Shown: positions 1 to 9,140 of the stretch, one piece after another
Position numbering within the stretch: the first letter of the stretch is position 1
Layout: every line of letters starts with the position of its first letter
DNA from: Lachnospiraceae bacterium
Lineage (GTDB): Bacteria; Bacillota; Clostridia; Lachnospirales; Lachnospiraceae
Assembly: GCA_022793375.1 (NCBI GenBank)
Contig: JAAWCS010000040.1
Span: 1,157 to 65,156, forward strand
Length of the DNA: 64,000 nucleotides
Direction of reading: 5' to 3'
The notes under the pieces: model-generated
Database searches by the model: none
The model's input: only the letters and a program-made list of their open reading frames with translations
What the model was told of the DNA's origin: nothing
Made by a program: the position numbers and the translations under genes

Positions 1-1074
1 AACCTGGCGTTTCGCCTGGCGGAGGGCGGGCGTTACCGGGCCGGGAGCCGCGGCTTTGATGTGCGGAGTTTTCAGGGGCGCCTGTATGTGAGCCGGACCG
101 GGCAGGAGACGAGACTGCGCCCGGGCGACCAGCTGATTACCTTGAATAATATGCCGCCGGCGCTGTGCCGGAAACGGTTTAAGAAAAACATCCTCGGGGC
201 GGATCTTGAGGAGCGCGAGCGCTGGAATCCGATTATGAAAATGACCGGGCGCTGTCTGGTCAAGCACGCCGACGGCACGGACGAGAACGTGACGCTCAAA
301 CGGTATGCGCCGGAGACGAAGCTGCCGCGGCTGGGCGGCCGGCTGATCGGCAAGAATACCCTGTATCTGGAGCTGCCGCATTTTGTGGACGGGGCGGCGG
401 TAGAGAAGCTGGTAAGGGCCAAGGAAAAGTCGCTGGCGCGCTGCCGCCGCCTGATTCTTGACCTTCGCCATAACGCGGGCGGGACAGAGGCCGCGTTTGT
501 GCCGCTTTTGGATTATGTGTTTCCGGAACCGGCGCTTCTGCGGGATTTGTATGAGGACGAGGGCCTGTACACGAATTATACGGAGAACAACTGCCGGCGC
601 AAAGTCCAGATGCTGGAGGGCTATCTGCCTCAGACAGACGCTGCGGGGCGCAGGCTGGTGGAAACCATCATACGGGAATTAAAGGAGAAAAGCGGACAGG
701 GAATGGTCTGGGAGCCGGACGAAGAGCTGGTGGCCGACGATACCGTGGTCGGGGGCAAGGGGGTTTTTGAGAAAATCGTGATCCTCAGCGACACCTGGTG
801 CGAGTATGCCGGCGAGACCTTTATCCGTCTGTGCAAAAAATCCCCGCGGGTGACCGTCCTGGGCCGCCCGACGATGGGCAATATCGATTACTGCAATCCG
901 GTTTCGATCCTTTACGAGGGACGTTTTACGTTTACCTATCCCATGAGCAAGACGAAAGCGGCCATGGAGGGGCGGGGACTCAGCGGCAAAGGGGTTCCGG
1001 TCGACGTCTATGTGCCCTGGACGCCGGCGGAGTGTACGGAGGATATTTTGCTTGCGAAAGCACTGGCGCTGTAG
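1..1074 (+). CDS. S41 family peptidase (tail-specific/C-terminal processing protease-like); 5' end probably lies outside the window
   Basis: 'LILDLRHNAGGTEAAFVPLLDYVF' matches the S41 'DLRxNxGG' core. The frame is open from nt 1, so the GTG at 61 is only the first in-window start. Confidence 0.75.
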   Translation, partial: NLAFRLAEGGRYRAGSRGFDVRSFQGRLYVSRTGQETRLRPGDQLITLNNMPPALCRKRFKKNILGADLEERERWNPIMKMTGRCLVKHADGTDENVTLKRYAPETKLPRLGGRLIGKNTLYLELPHFVDGAAVEKLVRAKEKSLARCRRLILDLRHNAGGTEAAFVPLLDYVFPEPALLRDLYEDEGLYTNYTENNCRRKVQMLEGYLPQTDAAGRRLVETIIRELKEKSGQGMVWEPDEELVADDTVVGGKGVFEKIVILSDTWCEYAGETFIRLCKKSPRVTVLGRPTMGNIDYCNPVSILYEGRFTFTYPMSKTKAAMEGRGLSGKGVPVDVYVPWTPAECTEDILLAKALAL

Positions 1075-1094
1075 GGCTGGCAAAAATTTTAAGC

Positions 1095-1170
1095 GCCGTC
1101 TTAACAGAAACGTCTTGCAAGGCACGACAGAATCTGATAAAATGTAAGACGGCCTTTTACAAAGGCTTTT
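1095..1170 (+). terminator. Nested hairpins followed by a T-run, downstream of the peptidase gene
   Basis: gccgtctta (1095-1103) pairs with taagacggc (1145-1153). A small hairpin gccttt-tac-aaaggc (1152-1166) is followed by TTTT. Confidence 0.45.
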
Positions 1171-1197
1171 GACGGAAAAAGAAGGGAGAGTCGCTTA

Positions 1198-2007
1198 ATG
1201 ATAGCATGTTGGAGCATGGGCTGGGGGGAGATCATCCTGATTATCGTTCTGGCCATTCTGGTGCTGGGACCGGAAAAGACGCCGGTATATGCCAAGAAGC
1301 TGGGAGAAGCCCTTGGAATGTTTAAGCAGTACTCGGGAAAGCTGGCGACGGAGATTAAGGAAAACGTAGCGGAGCCGATCAGCGAGGTGGTTCAGCCGCT
1401 GCAGGAGGTGAGCAAGGATCTTGCAGAGCCTTTTAAGGATTTGACCGATCCTCTGGCGGAAATCCGCGCCCCCTTGGACGAGGCGGCCAAAGCGGTGAAC
1501 GACGCAATGAAAGTGACGGCCAAGCCTCTGAAGAAAGCGGTAGCGGAAGCGGCGGAAGAAGCGGAAGCAAAAGCCGGTGAAGCGGAAGATGCAGAGACAA
1601 AGGCCGGCGAAGCAGAAGAAGCGGAAGCAAAAGCAGGCGACGCGGAAGCCGCGGAAACAAAGGCCGGCGAAGAGGAAGCAGTCGAAGGCAAGACAGTCGA
1701 TGCAGAAGGAGAAGCCGTCGAGGGGCCGGAAACGGAAGCTGTAAAAGAGGAGCCGATGAAGGCCCAAGCCGGAGTGGCGCAGGCAGTCAAAGAGCCGGAA
1801 GCCGGCGAAGCGGCAAAAATCGGTGAGGAGCCAAAGGCCGGAGCCCAAAAGGCAGAAGCCGGCGAAGAATCAAAAGCCGATACGGCGAAAGATAGGGCGG
1901 CAGACACGACCGAAGGCGAGCCGGTAAAAGCAGAGACAGCCGGGGACGGGACGCTTACGGCGCAGGCCGAGACCGCCGCGGCAACAGAGCCGGCTAAAGA
2001 GGTGTGA
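1198..2007 (+). CDS. TatA/TatB-family Sec-independent translocase component (TatB-like) with a long repetitive Ala/Glu/Lys-rich acidic tail
   Basis: The N-terminus 'GWGEIILIIVLAILVLGPEKTPVYAKKLGEAL' has a TM helix, a Gly-Pro hinge and an amphipathic helix. An AGGGAGAG RBS lies about 7 nt upstream of the ATG. The tail carries (A/T)KAGEAExAE repeats. Confidence 0.7.
   Translation: MIACWSMGWGEIILIIVLAILVLGPEKTPVYAKKLGEALGMFKQYSGKLATEIKENVAEPISEVVQPLQEVSKDLAEPFKDLTDPLAEIRAPLDEAAKAVNDAMKVTAKPLKKAVAEAAEEAEAKAGEAEDAETKAGEAEEAEAKAGDAEAAETKAGEEEAVEGKTVDAEGEAVEGPETEAVKEEPMKAQAGVAQAVKEPEAGEAAKIGEEPKAGAQKAEAGEESKADTAKDRAADTTEGEPVKAETAGDGTLTAQAETAAATEPAKEV
1561..1680 (+). repeat. In-frame tandem repeat (2 x 60 nt, each made of two ~30-nt subunits) inside the TatB-like gene
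   Basis: 1561-1620 (gcggaagcaaaagccggtgaagcggaagat...) is nearly repeated at 1621-1680. It encodes AEAKAGEAEDAETKAGEAEE / AEAKAGDAEAAETKAGEEEA. Confidence 0.85.
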
Positions 2008-2160
2008 ATCCGGTCGGAAACAGAGCGCCGGCCGGGAATTTGACGAGGATGAACCCGGCGGGCCGCGCGGATTTGACATAGGCCGTACCGACGGCGTACC
2101 GCCGGACGGATATGCATAGAAAAACAAAAGGATTGCAATAAGAAAGAGAGGATACATGGT

Positions 2161-2373
2161 ATGATGGATTTGAATGCGGTTTCGATGGCCATTGGCAGAC
2201 CCGGCACATGGGAGATTTTGATTGTCGTTGTAATTATTGTCGTATTGTTCGGACCTAAATTCCTGCCGAAGCTGGGACAGACCTTCGGCGACACGATCCG
2301 CGGCTTCAAGAACGGCTTAAAGGGAGACGAGGAAGAGGCAGAGAATACGGACGTGAATAACACGGAGGCGTAA
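2161..2373 (+). CDS. tatA: Twin-arginine translocase subunit TatA/TatE
   Basis: 'WEILIVVVIIVVLFGPKFLPKLGQTFGDTIRGFKNGL' is the canonical TatA TM helix, FGP hinge and amphipathic helix. The gene lies immediately upstream of tatC. Confidence 0.85.
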   Translation: MMDLNAVSMAIGRPGTWEILIVVVIIVVLFGPKFLPKLGQTFGDTIRGFKNGLKGDEEEAENTDVNNTEA

Positions 2374-2395
2374 GCCTTAGCTGGGAGAACAGACA

Positions 2396-3190
2396 GTGTC
2401 AAAGAAGAAAAAACAACAGAAGGCTGAAAATGAAGAAGCCGTCATGGGCGTCGTGGATCATATCCGCGAATTTCGCAACCGGCTGATTGTGATTGTTGTC
2501 GTCTTTGTGCTTGCTATGATCCTGTGTCTGACGTATGCGGCTCCGGTGGTGGATATTTTGAAGATTCCTTCCAAAGGTCTCTTTGATTTTGTTTACATTT
2601 CGCCGTCGGAACCGTTTCTGCAGTATATGCGGGTGGCTCTGATGGGGGCGGTTGCCCTGACAATGCCGGTGATTATGTACGAATTCCTGGCCTTTGCCAG
2701 CCCGGGGCTGAAGAATACGGAGAAGAGCTTTATCATGGCGGTGCTGCTGCTGGGCCTGGTTTTCTTCTGCATAGGCGTGGCCTTTGCCTTTATGATTATG
2801 CTGCCGTTTATGCTGAATTTCTTTTATACGATTAACGGAAATGCGGACGTGGTGGCGCAGATTTCGATTGAAAAATATCTTGGGCTGGTCTTATCGGTTA
2901 TGAGTATGCTGGGCCTTGTTTTTGAGATGCCGGTGCTCACGATCCTGCTGACACAGCTGGGAGTACTGAAACCGTCGTGGCTGCAGAAAAGCCGCCGCGT
3001 TGTGATTGTGCTGATATTTATTGTCGCCGCGATCATTACGCCGCCGGATGTGGTGTCACAGGTCATGGTTGCGATTCCAATGTTGGTTTTATATCAGATC
3101 AGTATCATATTCAGCAGTATGGTAATAAAGCGCAAGGAGCGGGCCCGTGCCAGACGCAAGGCACAGGAGGAGAAGTACCGTTACCGGTAG
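2396..3190 (+). CDS. tatC: Twin-arginine translocase subunit TatC
   Basis: 264 aa, polytopic. It has the 'HIREFRNRLI' N-terminal motif, six predicted TM segments and 'ITPPDVVSQ' near the C-terminus, all typical of TatC. GTG start; an alternative ATG is at 2444. Confidence 0.85.
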   Translation: MSKKKKQQKAENEEAVMGVVDHIREFRNRLIVIVVVFVLAMILCLTYAAPVVDILKIPSKGLFDFVYISPSEPFLQYMRVALMGAVALTMPVIMYEFLAFASPGLKNTEKSFIMAVLLLGLVFFCIGVAFAFMIMLPFMLNFFYTINGNADVVAQISIEKYLGLVLSVMSMLGLVFEMPVLTILLTQLGVLKPSWLQKSRRVVIVLIFIVAAIITPPDVVSQVMVAIPMLVLYQISIIFSSMVIKRKERARARRKAQEEKYRYR

Positions 3191-3245
3191 ACGGCGGGGC
3201 GCTTAAGCGTTCGGCCGGGACGAAATATAAAATAAAACAGGATAT

Positions 3246-3285
3246 AAGAACGGCGGGCCGTTGTAAGCGGTTCGCCGTTCTTGTG
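3246..3285 (+). terminator. Hairpin downstream of tatC
   Basis: aagaacggcg (3246-3255) pairs perfectly with cgccgttctt (3273-3282). The trailing T-run is weak. Confidence 0.4.
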
Positions 3286-3450
3286 TAAAGCAGGGTATTT
3301 GGACAAGGGGCCTTTGTAGCTGTGAAAATGGAGGCAAATTAGCTGAAAAAACAGGCCGGCGTTGCTCCCGCCGCTTTCTTTTTACGAGAATTTGCAAATG
3401 TAAATATAATTATCAAAAAGAAACTATTTTAGAAAAAGTTAATAAAAGCA

Positions 3451-3479
3451 TTGCTTTTATACAAAGACTATGATATACT
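3451..3479 (+). promoter_or_regulatory. Sigma-A type promoter for the galactitol-family PTS genes
   Basis: TTGCTT (3451-3456), 17-nt spacer, TATACT (3474-3479) preceded by TGa (extended -10). It sits in an AT-rich gap upstream of the EIIA gene. Confidence 0.5.
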
Positions 3480-3580
3480 GAATTCACAGAAAAAAAAGCT
3501 GCCAGCCCGCCTTTTTTTGTTGGTAGGCTACAGGAGTCGGCCGAAATAGCCGGCGAAATTGTTGTAAGATGGGAGAAGAA

Positions 3581-4066
3581 ATGGAAAAAGAAGAAAACGT
3601 ATTGGGCAGTGTGCTGATTTCGCCGGAATTAGTCCTTATGGACATTGAGGCGGAAAACGACCAGGAAGCCATCGATATTTTGGCAAAGCACCTGTACGCA
3701 CAGGGGATTGTCAAGGAGAGTTATATTGACGCGGTCAAAGAGCGGGAGAAGGTGTTTAGCACCGGCCTTGGCTTTGAAGAGATGGGGATCGCGATTCCGC
3801 ATACCGATTCAATCCATGTGAACCGTCAGGCAATTGCGATCGGCGTTTTGAAAAAGCCGGTTTCGTTCTGCCATATGGGGATGCCGGAAGTACCGGTTGA
3901 GACCGAGATGATGTTTATGATGGCGATTGAGAAGCCGGACTCCCAGGTGGAGTTTTTGAGCAAGATGATGGATATCTTCCAGACGGAAGGCCGTCTGCCG
4001 GCATTGAAGGCCTGCGAGACAAAAGAAGAGATCGCGGAAAAATTCCAGGGATATTTTACGGAGTGA
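3581..4066 (+). CDS. PTS EIIA component (PTS_EIIA_2, mannitol/fructose/galactitol type)
   Basis: 'GIAIPHTDS' is the phosphorylatable-His motif. GGGAGAAG RBS ahead of the ATG at 3581; an in-frame ATG at 3569 is also possible. Confidence 0.8.
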   Translation: MEKEENVLGSVLISPELVLMDIEAENDQEAIDILAKHLYAQGIVKESYIDAVKEREKVFSTGLGFEEMGIAIPHTDSIHVNRQAIAIGVLKKPVSFCHMGMPEVPVETEMMFMMAIEKPDSQVEFLSKMMDIFQTEGRLPALKACETKEEIAEKFQGYFTE

Positions 4067-4288
4067 CCGGCTTGGCCGGCCGCTTCTAAAAGCGGCAGAA
4101 GCGGCGCGGGACGGCTGTTCCCGAAAGCAGCAGAAGTGCTGCCGGCCGGCGTTTCTTTGGATAAAGGCGTGCGTGAGAGCGCGCCGCCAGTCTTAAAAAG
4201 CGCAAAACACATGATTTAGGGACGTACCTGTTTCATGTGATGATGCATTTATAAAACCAAATTATAATAATGTAGAAGGAGAAGGACT

Positions 4289-4579
4289 ATGAAACGAATC
4301 TTACTTGTATGCGGCTCCGGTATTTGCACCTCCACCGCTGTGAATGCGAAGGTAACAAAGGCGCTGGATGAGAAGGGCCTGAAGGGCAAATACAGCATCA
4401 CTCAGGGGAAGGCCTCCGAGGTAGCGGCGCAGTCCGTTAATTATGATCTGGTTATTTCGACTACCGTTCTGGGCGGCGAGTGCCATTGCCCGCTGGTGAT
4501 TGGGACGCAGTTCCTTTTGGGCCGCGGTACGGAGCCGATCGTCAATCAGATTGTGGAGATTCTGACAAAGGACGAATAA
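4289..4579 (+). CDS. PTS EIIB component, galactitol (GatB) family
   Basis: 'MKRILLVCGSGICTSTAV' is the Cys-loop typical of Gat-type IIB. AGGAGAAGGA RBS. About 96 aa. Confidence 0.8.
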   Translation: MKRILLVCGSGICTSTAVNAKVTKALDEKGLKGKYSITQGKASEVAAQSVNYDLVISTTVLGGECHCPLVIGTQFLLGRGTEPIVNQIVEILTKDE

Positions 4580-4676
4580 GACGCGGGGCCTTGCGTAAGA
4601 AGGCGGGCAGCCGTTTAGGGGTAGACGGCTGCTGTCTCACATAAAGTTCTATACTATAACATATGGAGGAAAATGT

Positions 4677-6062
4677 ATGGAAGCAATTTTAGGCGTATTT
4701 AAATTCATCAGCGACATGGGCGCGACCGTAATGATGCCTATCATTATCTGCATCATGGGCTGCATCCTGAAGGCCGGCTTTGGTAAGTCCCTTCGCGCAG
4801 GCTTGACGGTAGGGATCGGTTTCATCGGCCTGAACCTGGTTACCGGCATGCTGGGCAATTTCCTGGCTCCTGCCGTAACCGCTATGGCGGATAAATTCGG
4901 CCTGACGCTGTCGGTTATCGACGTAGGCTGGCCGGCCGCCGCGCAGATCGCGTTTGCCTCTACCGTAGGTAATGTGATCATCCCCGTCTGCCTGTTAGTC
5001 AACATCGTAATGCTGCTGACCAACACGACGCAGACCGTAGACGTGGATATCTGGGATTACTGGCATTTCGCGTTTACCGGCGCTCTGGTTGCCATCATCA
5101 CCGGAAATCAGTTTTACGGAGTAATCGCTGCGATCCTCAACATGGTGATCATCATGGTTCTGGGCGACTGGACGGCGAAGGGCGTGGAAGATACCCTGGG
5201 CCTGCCCGGCGTATCCCTGCCTCACGGCTTTACTACCGCATATGCCCCTATTGCGATGGGAATGAACTGGGTTCTGGATAAGATCCCCGGCGTCAATAAG
5301 ATCAACTTCGACATCGAGAAGATGCAGAAGAAATTCGGCGTGTTCGGCGAGCCGATCCTGGTAGGTACGGTTCTGGGTATTGCGATCGGTGCGATTGCCG
5401 GTTACGGACTCGCTCCTGCGCCAGACGGAAGCAACCCTGGTTTCCTGGGCTTAGGTATCAATATGGGCGCCGTTCTGGTTCTGATTCCCAAGATGGCGGC
5501 TCTGCTGATGGAGGGCCTGCTGCCGATCTCCGACGCGGCCTCCGAGTTCATCGAGAAGAAGTTCTCCAACCGTGGTAAGATTTACATCGGCTTAGACTCC
5601 GCCGTAGGCGTAGGCCATCCGATGACCCTGTCGGTAGCTCTGGTGCTGGTTCCCATCACCGTGTTCCTGGCTGTGCTGCTGCCCGGCAATAAGGTTATGC
5701 CGTTTGCCGACCTGGCGGTTATCCCCTGGATGTTCGTTCTGATTACCCCTGTGGTTAAGGGCAACGGCTTCCGTGCCATCATCATTGGTATCGTAGTCCT
5801 GGCTGCCGGCCTGTACATTGCTACCGACCTGTCGCCGATGATTACCGAGGCCGCAATAAACGCCGGATTTGATATGGGTTCCGCTTCGCAGATTTCCAGT
5901 ATCTGTGACGGTGCTAACCCTCTGACCTGGGCGATCACCAGGCTGCATGGCATCAACTTTGCCGTAGGTATTGCGGTAGTTGGCGTGATTGCGCTGGGTC
6001 TGGCTCTGATCAACAGAAAGAAGATCATGAAGGAAGCTGCCGAGATGCATCAAAACGCATAA
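4677..6062 (+). CDS. PTS EIIC component, galactitol (GatC) family
   Basis: 461-aa polytopic membrane protein of GatC-like size and N-terminus. It follows the IIA/IIB genes. Confidence 0.8.
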   Translation: MEAILGVFKFISDMGATVMMPIIICIMGCILKAGFGKSLRAGLTVGIGFIGLNLVTGMLGNFLAPAVTAMADKFGLTLSVIDVGWPAAAQIAFASTVGNVIIPVCLLVNIVMLLTNTTQTVDVDIWDYWHFAFTGALVAIITGNQFYGVIAAILNMVIIMVLGDWTAKGVEDTLGLPGVSLPHGFTTAYAPIAMGMNWVLDKIPGVNKINFDIEKMQKKFGVFGEPILVGTVLGIAIGAIAGYGLAPAPDGSNPGFLGLGINMGAVLVLIPKMAALLMEGLLPISDAASEFIEKKFSNRGKIYIGLDSAVGVGHPMTLSVALVLVPITVFLAVLLPGNKVMPFADLAVIPWMFVLITPVVKGNGFRAIIIGIVVLAAGLYIATDLSPMITEAAINAGFDMGSASQISSICDGANPLTWAITRLHGINFAVGIAVVGVIALGLALINRKKIMKEAAEMHQNA

Positions 6063-6077
6063 TTCTGACAGTATGGG

Positions 6078-6118
6078 GGCGGGGGCTTTGCAGGATGCAA
6101 AAGCCCCCGCCTCTTTGT
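6078..6118 (+). terminator. Rho-independent terminator after the EIIC gene
   Basis: ggcgggggctttgca / tgcaaaagcccccgcc forms a stem of about 15 bp with one bulged T. It is followed by tctttgt. Confidence 0.6.
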
Positions 6119-6167
6119 ACGTCAGCAAGGAGCGGCACAATTTATAACGAGAGGAGACATACAGGCT

Positions 6168-6743
6168 TTGCGTGTATATGAATATGATTCGGCTGTTTAT
6201 TCGAGAAAAGTAACGACGACGGGCGTTTTCTGCGCGTTGATCCTTCTGTACTCGGTATACAGCCTGTTTTTCGGCAACAATATGATACTCTGGATCGGGG
6301 CGGGGATTATTTCCTTTTATACGGTATGGGAGACTTTTATTTCACTCAGCAATCCCAGCAAGGTGATTGTGGATGCGGACAGCATTACCTTTTGCGCGTA
6401 TGGCAGGGAGCACCGATATCTCTGGTCGGAGATCGAGCGGTTTAAAGTGAAAGAATTTACCGGGGCACGCAAGCTGTTTGTGCGGATCAATAAGGCCGGT
6501 ATCCTGCGGGGGCGTTATTGGGTCAACTGCTACTATTTCAACGATACCGATCTGCTGTACAAGTATATCGTAGACCGGGAGTACCTGATTCATCCGACGT
6601 CGCTGAAGGCCCGGGCCCGGGAGACCGGCGAGCGGGACCGCGAGGAGATGGCAGAGAAGCGTAAAAAGAAGCAGGAGGAGGCTGAGAAGCGCCAGGCAGA
6701 GAAACAGGCCAGAAAAGAAGCGCGTAAGAAATCCGGAAAATAA
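6168..6743 (+). CDS. Hypothetical membrane protein: two N-terminal TM helices, a possible bacterial PH-like domain and a Lys/Glu-rich tail
   Basis: TTG start about 10 nt after GAGGAGA. The architecture (2 TM plus a ~100-aa soluble domain) resembles YdbS/bPH2 proteins, but I see no diagnostic motif. Confidence 0.45.
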   Translation: MRVYEYDSAVYSRKVTTTGVFCALILLYSVYSLFFGNNMILWIGAGIISFYTVWETFISLSNPSKVIVDADSITFCAYGREHRYLWSEIERFKVKEFTGARKLFVRINKAGILRGRYWVNCYYFNDTDLLYKYIVDREYLIHPTSLKARARETGERDREEMAEKRKKKQEEAEKRQAEKQARKEARKKSGK

Positions 6744-6833
6744 GAAACGTTCCGCCACCGGCCGGCGGCCGGATTCCGGTTTCATAAAGAGCGCCGGCGG
6801 CGGTAACAATAGTATAAAAAGGAGAATGCCGAT

Positions 6834-7508
6834 ATGTTTGAAGAAGAGAAAAAAAGTGTGATCAAAGCAGGGATGAAGCTGGACCGTTATGGCCTTATTG
6901 CTCTGTCGGGCGGGAATGTAACGCTACGTATGCCCAGCGGCGAAATCCTGGTAACGCCTTCGGGAATGATTTATGAGGACATGGTCCCCGAGGACGTACT
7001 GGTCATGGATATTGAGGGCAATATCCTGGAGGGAGAGAGAAAGCCCTCCGTGGATACCAAGGCGTTGCTGTATATCTTGAAGAATATGCCGCAGGTAAAC
7101 GCGGTGATCCATACGCATCAGCCGTATGCCACGGCGGTGGGCCTGATTACGGACGAGCTGCCCTGCAATTTGACGACCCTGGCGAATGCGACGCGCGGTG
7201 CGGTCAAGGTGTGCCCGTATTCTTCGGCAGCCAGCATGCAGATGGGTGTAGAGACGGTTGAAAATATCGGCGACAAGCTGGCGGTGATTTTAAAGCATCA
7301 CGGCGTTATCAGCGTCGGCGACAGCTTAAAGCAGGCGCTGTATGCCTGCGTTTATCTGGAGGAAGCCGCCAAAACGTATTCAATCGCCTATGGGATGAAC
7401 CCGGACGTACCGCTGATGACACCGGAGCAGGTGGAGCGGGCCGTGGAGGTATTCCGCCATTACGGGCAGGGGACGACGGACTTGCCGGAGGAATTGCAGT
7501 ATAATTAA
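6834..7508 (+). CDS. Class II aldolase/adducin family protein (L-fuculose-phosphate aldolase / L-ribulose-5-phosphate 4-epimerase-like)
   Basis: 'SGGNVTLRM', 'VIHTHQPYATAV' and 'LKHHGVISVG' are the metal-binding His motifs of the family. Confidence 0.8.
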   Translation: MFEEEKKSVIKAGMKLDRYGLIALSGGNVTLRMPSGEILVTPSGMIYEDMVPEDVLVMDIEGNILEGERKPSVDTKALLYILKNMPQVNAVIHTHQPYATAVGLITDELPCNLTTLANATRGAVKVCPYSSAASMQMGVETVENIGDKLAVILKHHGVISVGDSLKQALYACVYLEEAAKTYSIAYGMNPDVPLMTPEQVERAVEVFRHYGQGTTDLPEELQYN

Positions 7509-7545
7509 AAAATGGCCGCAAAGCGGAAGAGGAAAGGAGTACGGC

Positions 7546-8964
7546 ATGGCAAAGAAGTGTGATGTTGTCATTATTGGCGCCGGTCCGGCCGGTATTTTTA
7601 CGGCGTTAGAACTCGTGCGCGGGGGGAGTAAGCAGAAGATTGTAATTGTGGAAAAAGGTAAGGCGATCGAGAGCCGCCGCTGTCCTAAAAATAAGACACA
7701 GAAATGCGTGAATTGCAAGCCGTACTGCCACATTACGACGGGATTTTCGGGGGCCGGCGCTTTTTCGGACGGGAAGCTGTCTTTGAGCTATGAAGTAGGC
7801 GGCGAACTGCCGGAGCTGATCGGGGAGGATTTTGCGCAGAGCATGATTGACTATACCGATCGGATTTATCTGGAGTTTGGCGCCGATCCCAAGGTAGAGG
7901 GCGTTTCCGATACGCAGAAGATCAAGGAAATCCGCAAGCGGGCGATTCAGGCCGGCCTGAAGCTGGTGGACTGTCCGATTCGCCATTTGGGTACCGAGAA
8001 GGCGCAGGAGATTTATTATGCGATCGAGCAGTATCTGCTGGAGCACGGCGTGGAGATTCTCTTTGAATACAACTGTGTAAATCTGCGGATTGAGGACAAG
8101 ACCTGCCGCGGCGTAATCCTGGAGCCGGCTTCCGGCCGCAAAGAAGGAATGGAGATTGAAGCCGGTCATACCGTGGTGGCGACCGGGCGGCGCGGGGCCG
8201 ACTGGCTGGAGGCGCTGTGCGAGGAGCACGGGATCGCCCATCAGCCGGGGACAGTGGATATCGGCGTGCGCGTGGAGGTGCGCAATGAGATCATGGAGGA
8301 CGTCAACAATGTGCTCTATGAGTCGAAACTGATCGGTTACCCGCATCCGTTTAAGAATAAGGTGCGTACATTCTGCCAGAATCCGGGCGGCTTTGTGAGC
8401 CAGGAAAACTACGACAACGATCTGGCGGTCGTCAACGGACATTCGTACAAGGAGCGCAAGTCGGGCAACACAAATCTGGCGATCCTTTGTTCGCACAATT
8501 TTACCGAGCCGTTTAACCAGCCGATCGCGTATGCGCAGAAGGTGGGAGAGCTGACAAATATGCTGGGTTCCGGGCACATTTTGGTGCAGCGTTTCGGAGA
8601 TATCCTGGACGGCAAGCGTACCTGGCAGAAGGAGCTGAACCGCTCGAATGTGCGCCCGACGCTGCCGGATGCGGTGGCGGGAGATATTACGGCGGCCATG
8701 CCGTACCGGGCAATGGTGAATATCATTGGTTTTATTCAGTCGGTGGAACATGTGGTGCCGGGATTCGCGAGCCCGGAGACGCTTTTGTATTCGCCGGAAT
8801 TGAAATTTTACAGCAACCGGGTGAAGATGGATGCGCAGTTTTCGACGAACATCGCCGGCCTGCACTGCCTGGGGGATTCCAGCGGCTGGACACGCGGGCT
8901 GATGATGGCTTCGGTGATGGGGGTGCTGATGGCGCAGAAGCTGACAAAACGGACGAAGGAATAG
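7546..8964 (+). CDS. FAD-dependent oxidoreductase (COG2509-like uncharacterized dehydrogenase)
   Basis: N-terminal 'DVVIIGAGPAGIFTALEL' Rossmann motif. 472 aa. A Cys-rich 'CPKNKTQKCVNCKPYC' insert is typical of this group. Confidence 0.7.
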   Translation: MAKKCDVVIIGAGPAGIFTALELVRGGSKQKIVIVEKGKAIESRRCPKNKTQKCVNCKPYCHITTGFSGAGAFSDGKLSLSYEVGGELPELIGEDFAQSMIDYTDRIYLEFGADPKVEGVSDTQKIKEIRKRAIQAGLKLVDCPIRHLGTEKAQEIYYAIEQYLLEHGVEILFEYNCVNLRIEDKTCRGVILEPASGRKEGMEIEAGHTVVATGRRGADWLEALCEEHGIAHQPGTVDIGVRVEVRNEIMEDVNNVLYESKLIGYPHPFKNKVRTFCQNPGGFVSQENYDNDLAVVNGHSYKERKSGNTNLAILCSHNFTEPFNQPIAYAQKVGELTNMLGSGHILVQRFGDILDGKRTWQKELNRSNVRPTLPDAVAGDITAAMPYRAMVNIIGFIQSVEHVVPGFASPETLLYSPELKFYSNRVKMDAQFSTNIAGLHCLGDSSGWTRGLMMASVMGVLMAQKLTKRTKE

Positions 8965-9002
8965 GTCTGAGACCGGATTGCTGAAAACGGAAGGCAAAAC
9001 GA

Positions 9003-9039
9003 GTGACGGCATCCTTAAAAGGGCGCCGTCACTATTTTT
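9003..9039 (+). terminator. Rho-independent terminator
   Basis: gtgacggc (9003-9010) pairs with gccgtcac (9025-9032), followed by tattttt. Confidence 0.65.
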
Positions 9040-9111
9040 GTGCGAGAGGGCAGATTTCGTTTTACAATCCGCATAAAGGGGTTGATTTTTTGGAATCTGC
9101 ATAAAGGGGGC

Positions 9112-9140
9112 TTCTCAAAAACGGTCAATCCACGTATAAT
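9112..9140 (+). promoter_or_regulatory. Candidate promoter of the TetR/ABC-2 operon
   Basis: TTCTCA (9112-9117), 17-nt spacer, TATAAT (9135-9140). GGTCA (9123-9127) and TGACC (9147-9151) bracket the -10 element. Confidence 0.45.

Noticed and set aside
7606-9102. A 498-aa ORF on the minus strand, antisense to the FAD-dependent oxidoreductase gene. Similar long antisense ORFs occur at 1392-2402, 9679-10536, 15792-16793, 31244-32356, 33836-35287, 37694-39016, 43928-44962, 51455-52516, 61196-62314 and 61810-63063.
   Set aside because: High-GC DNA yields long stop-free antisense frames. Their translations are Arg/Pro/Ala/His-rich low-complexity strings without motifs or RBS. The sense strand meanwhile encodes proteins with clear family signatures.
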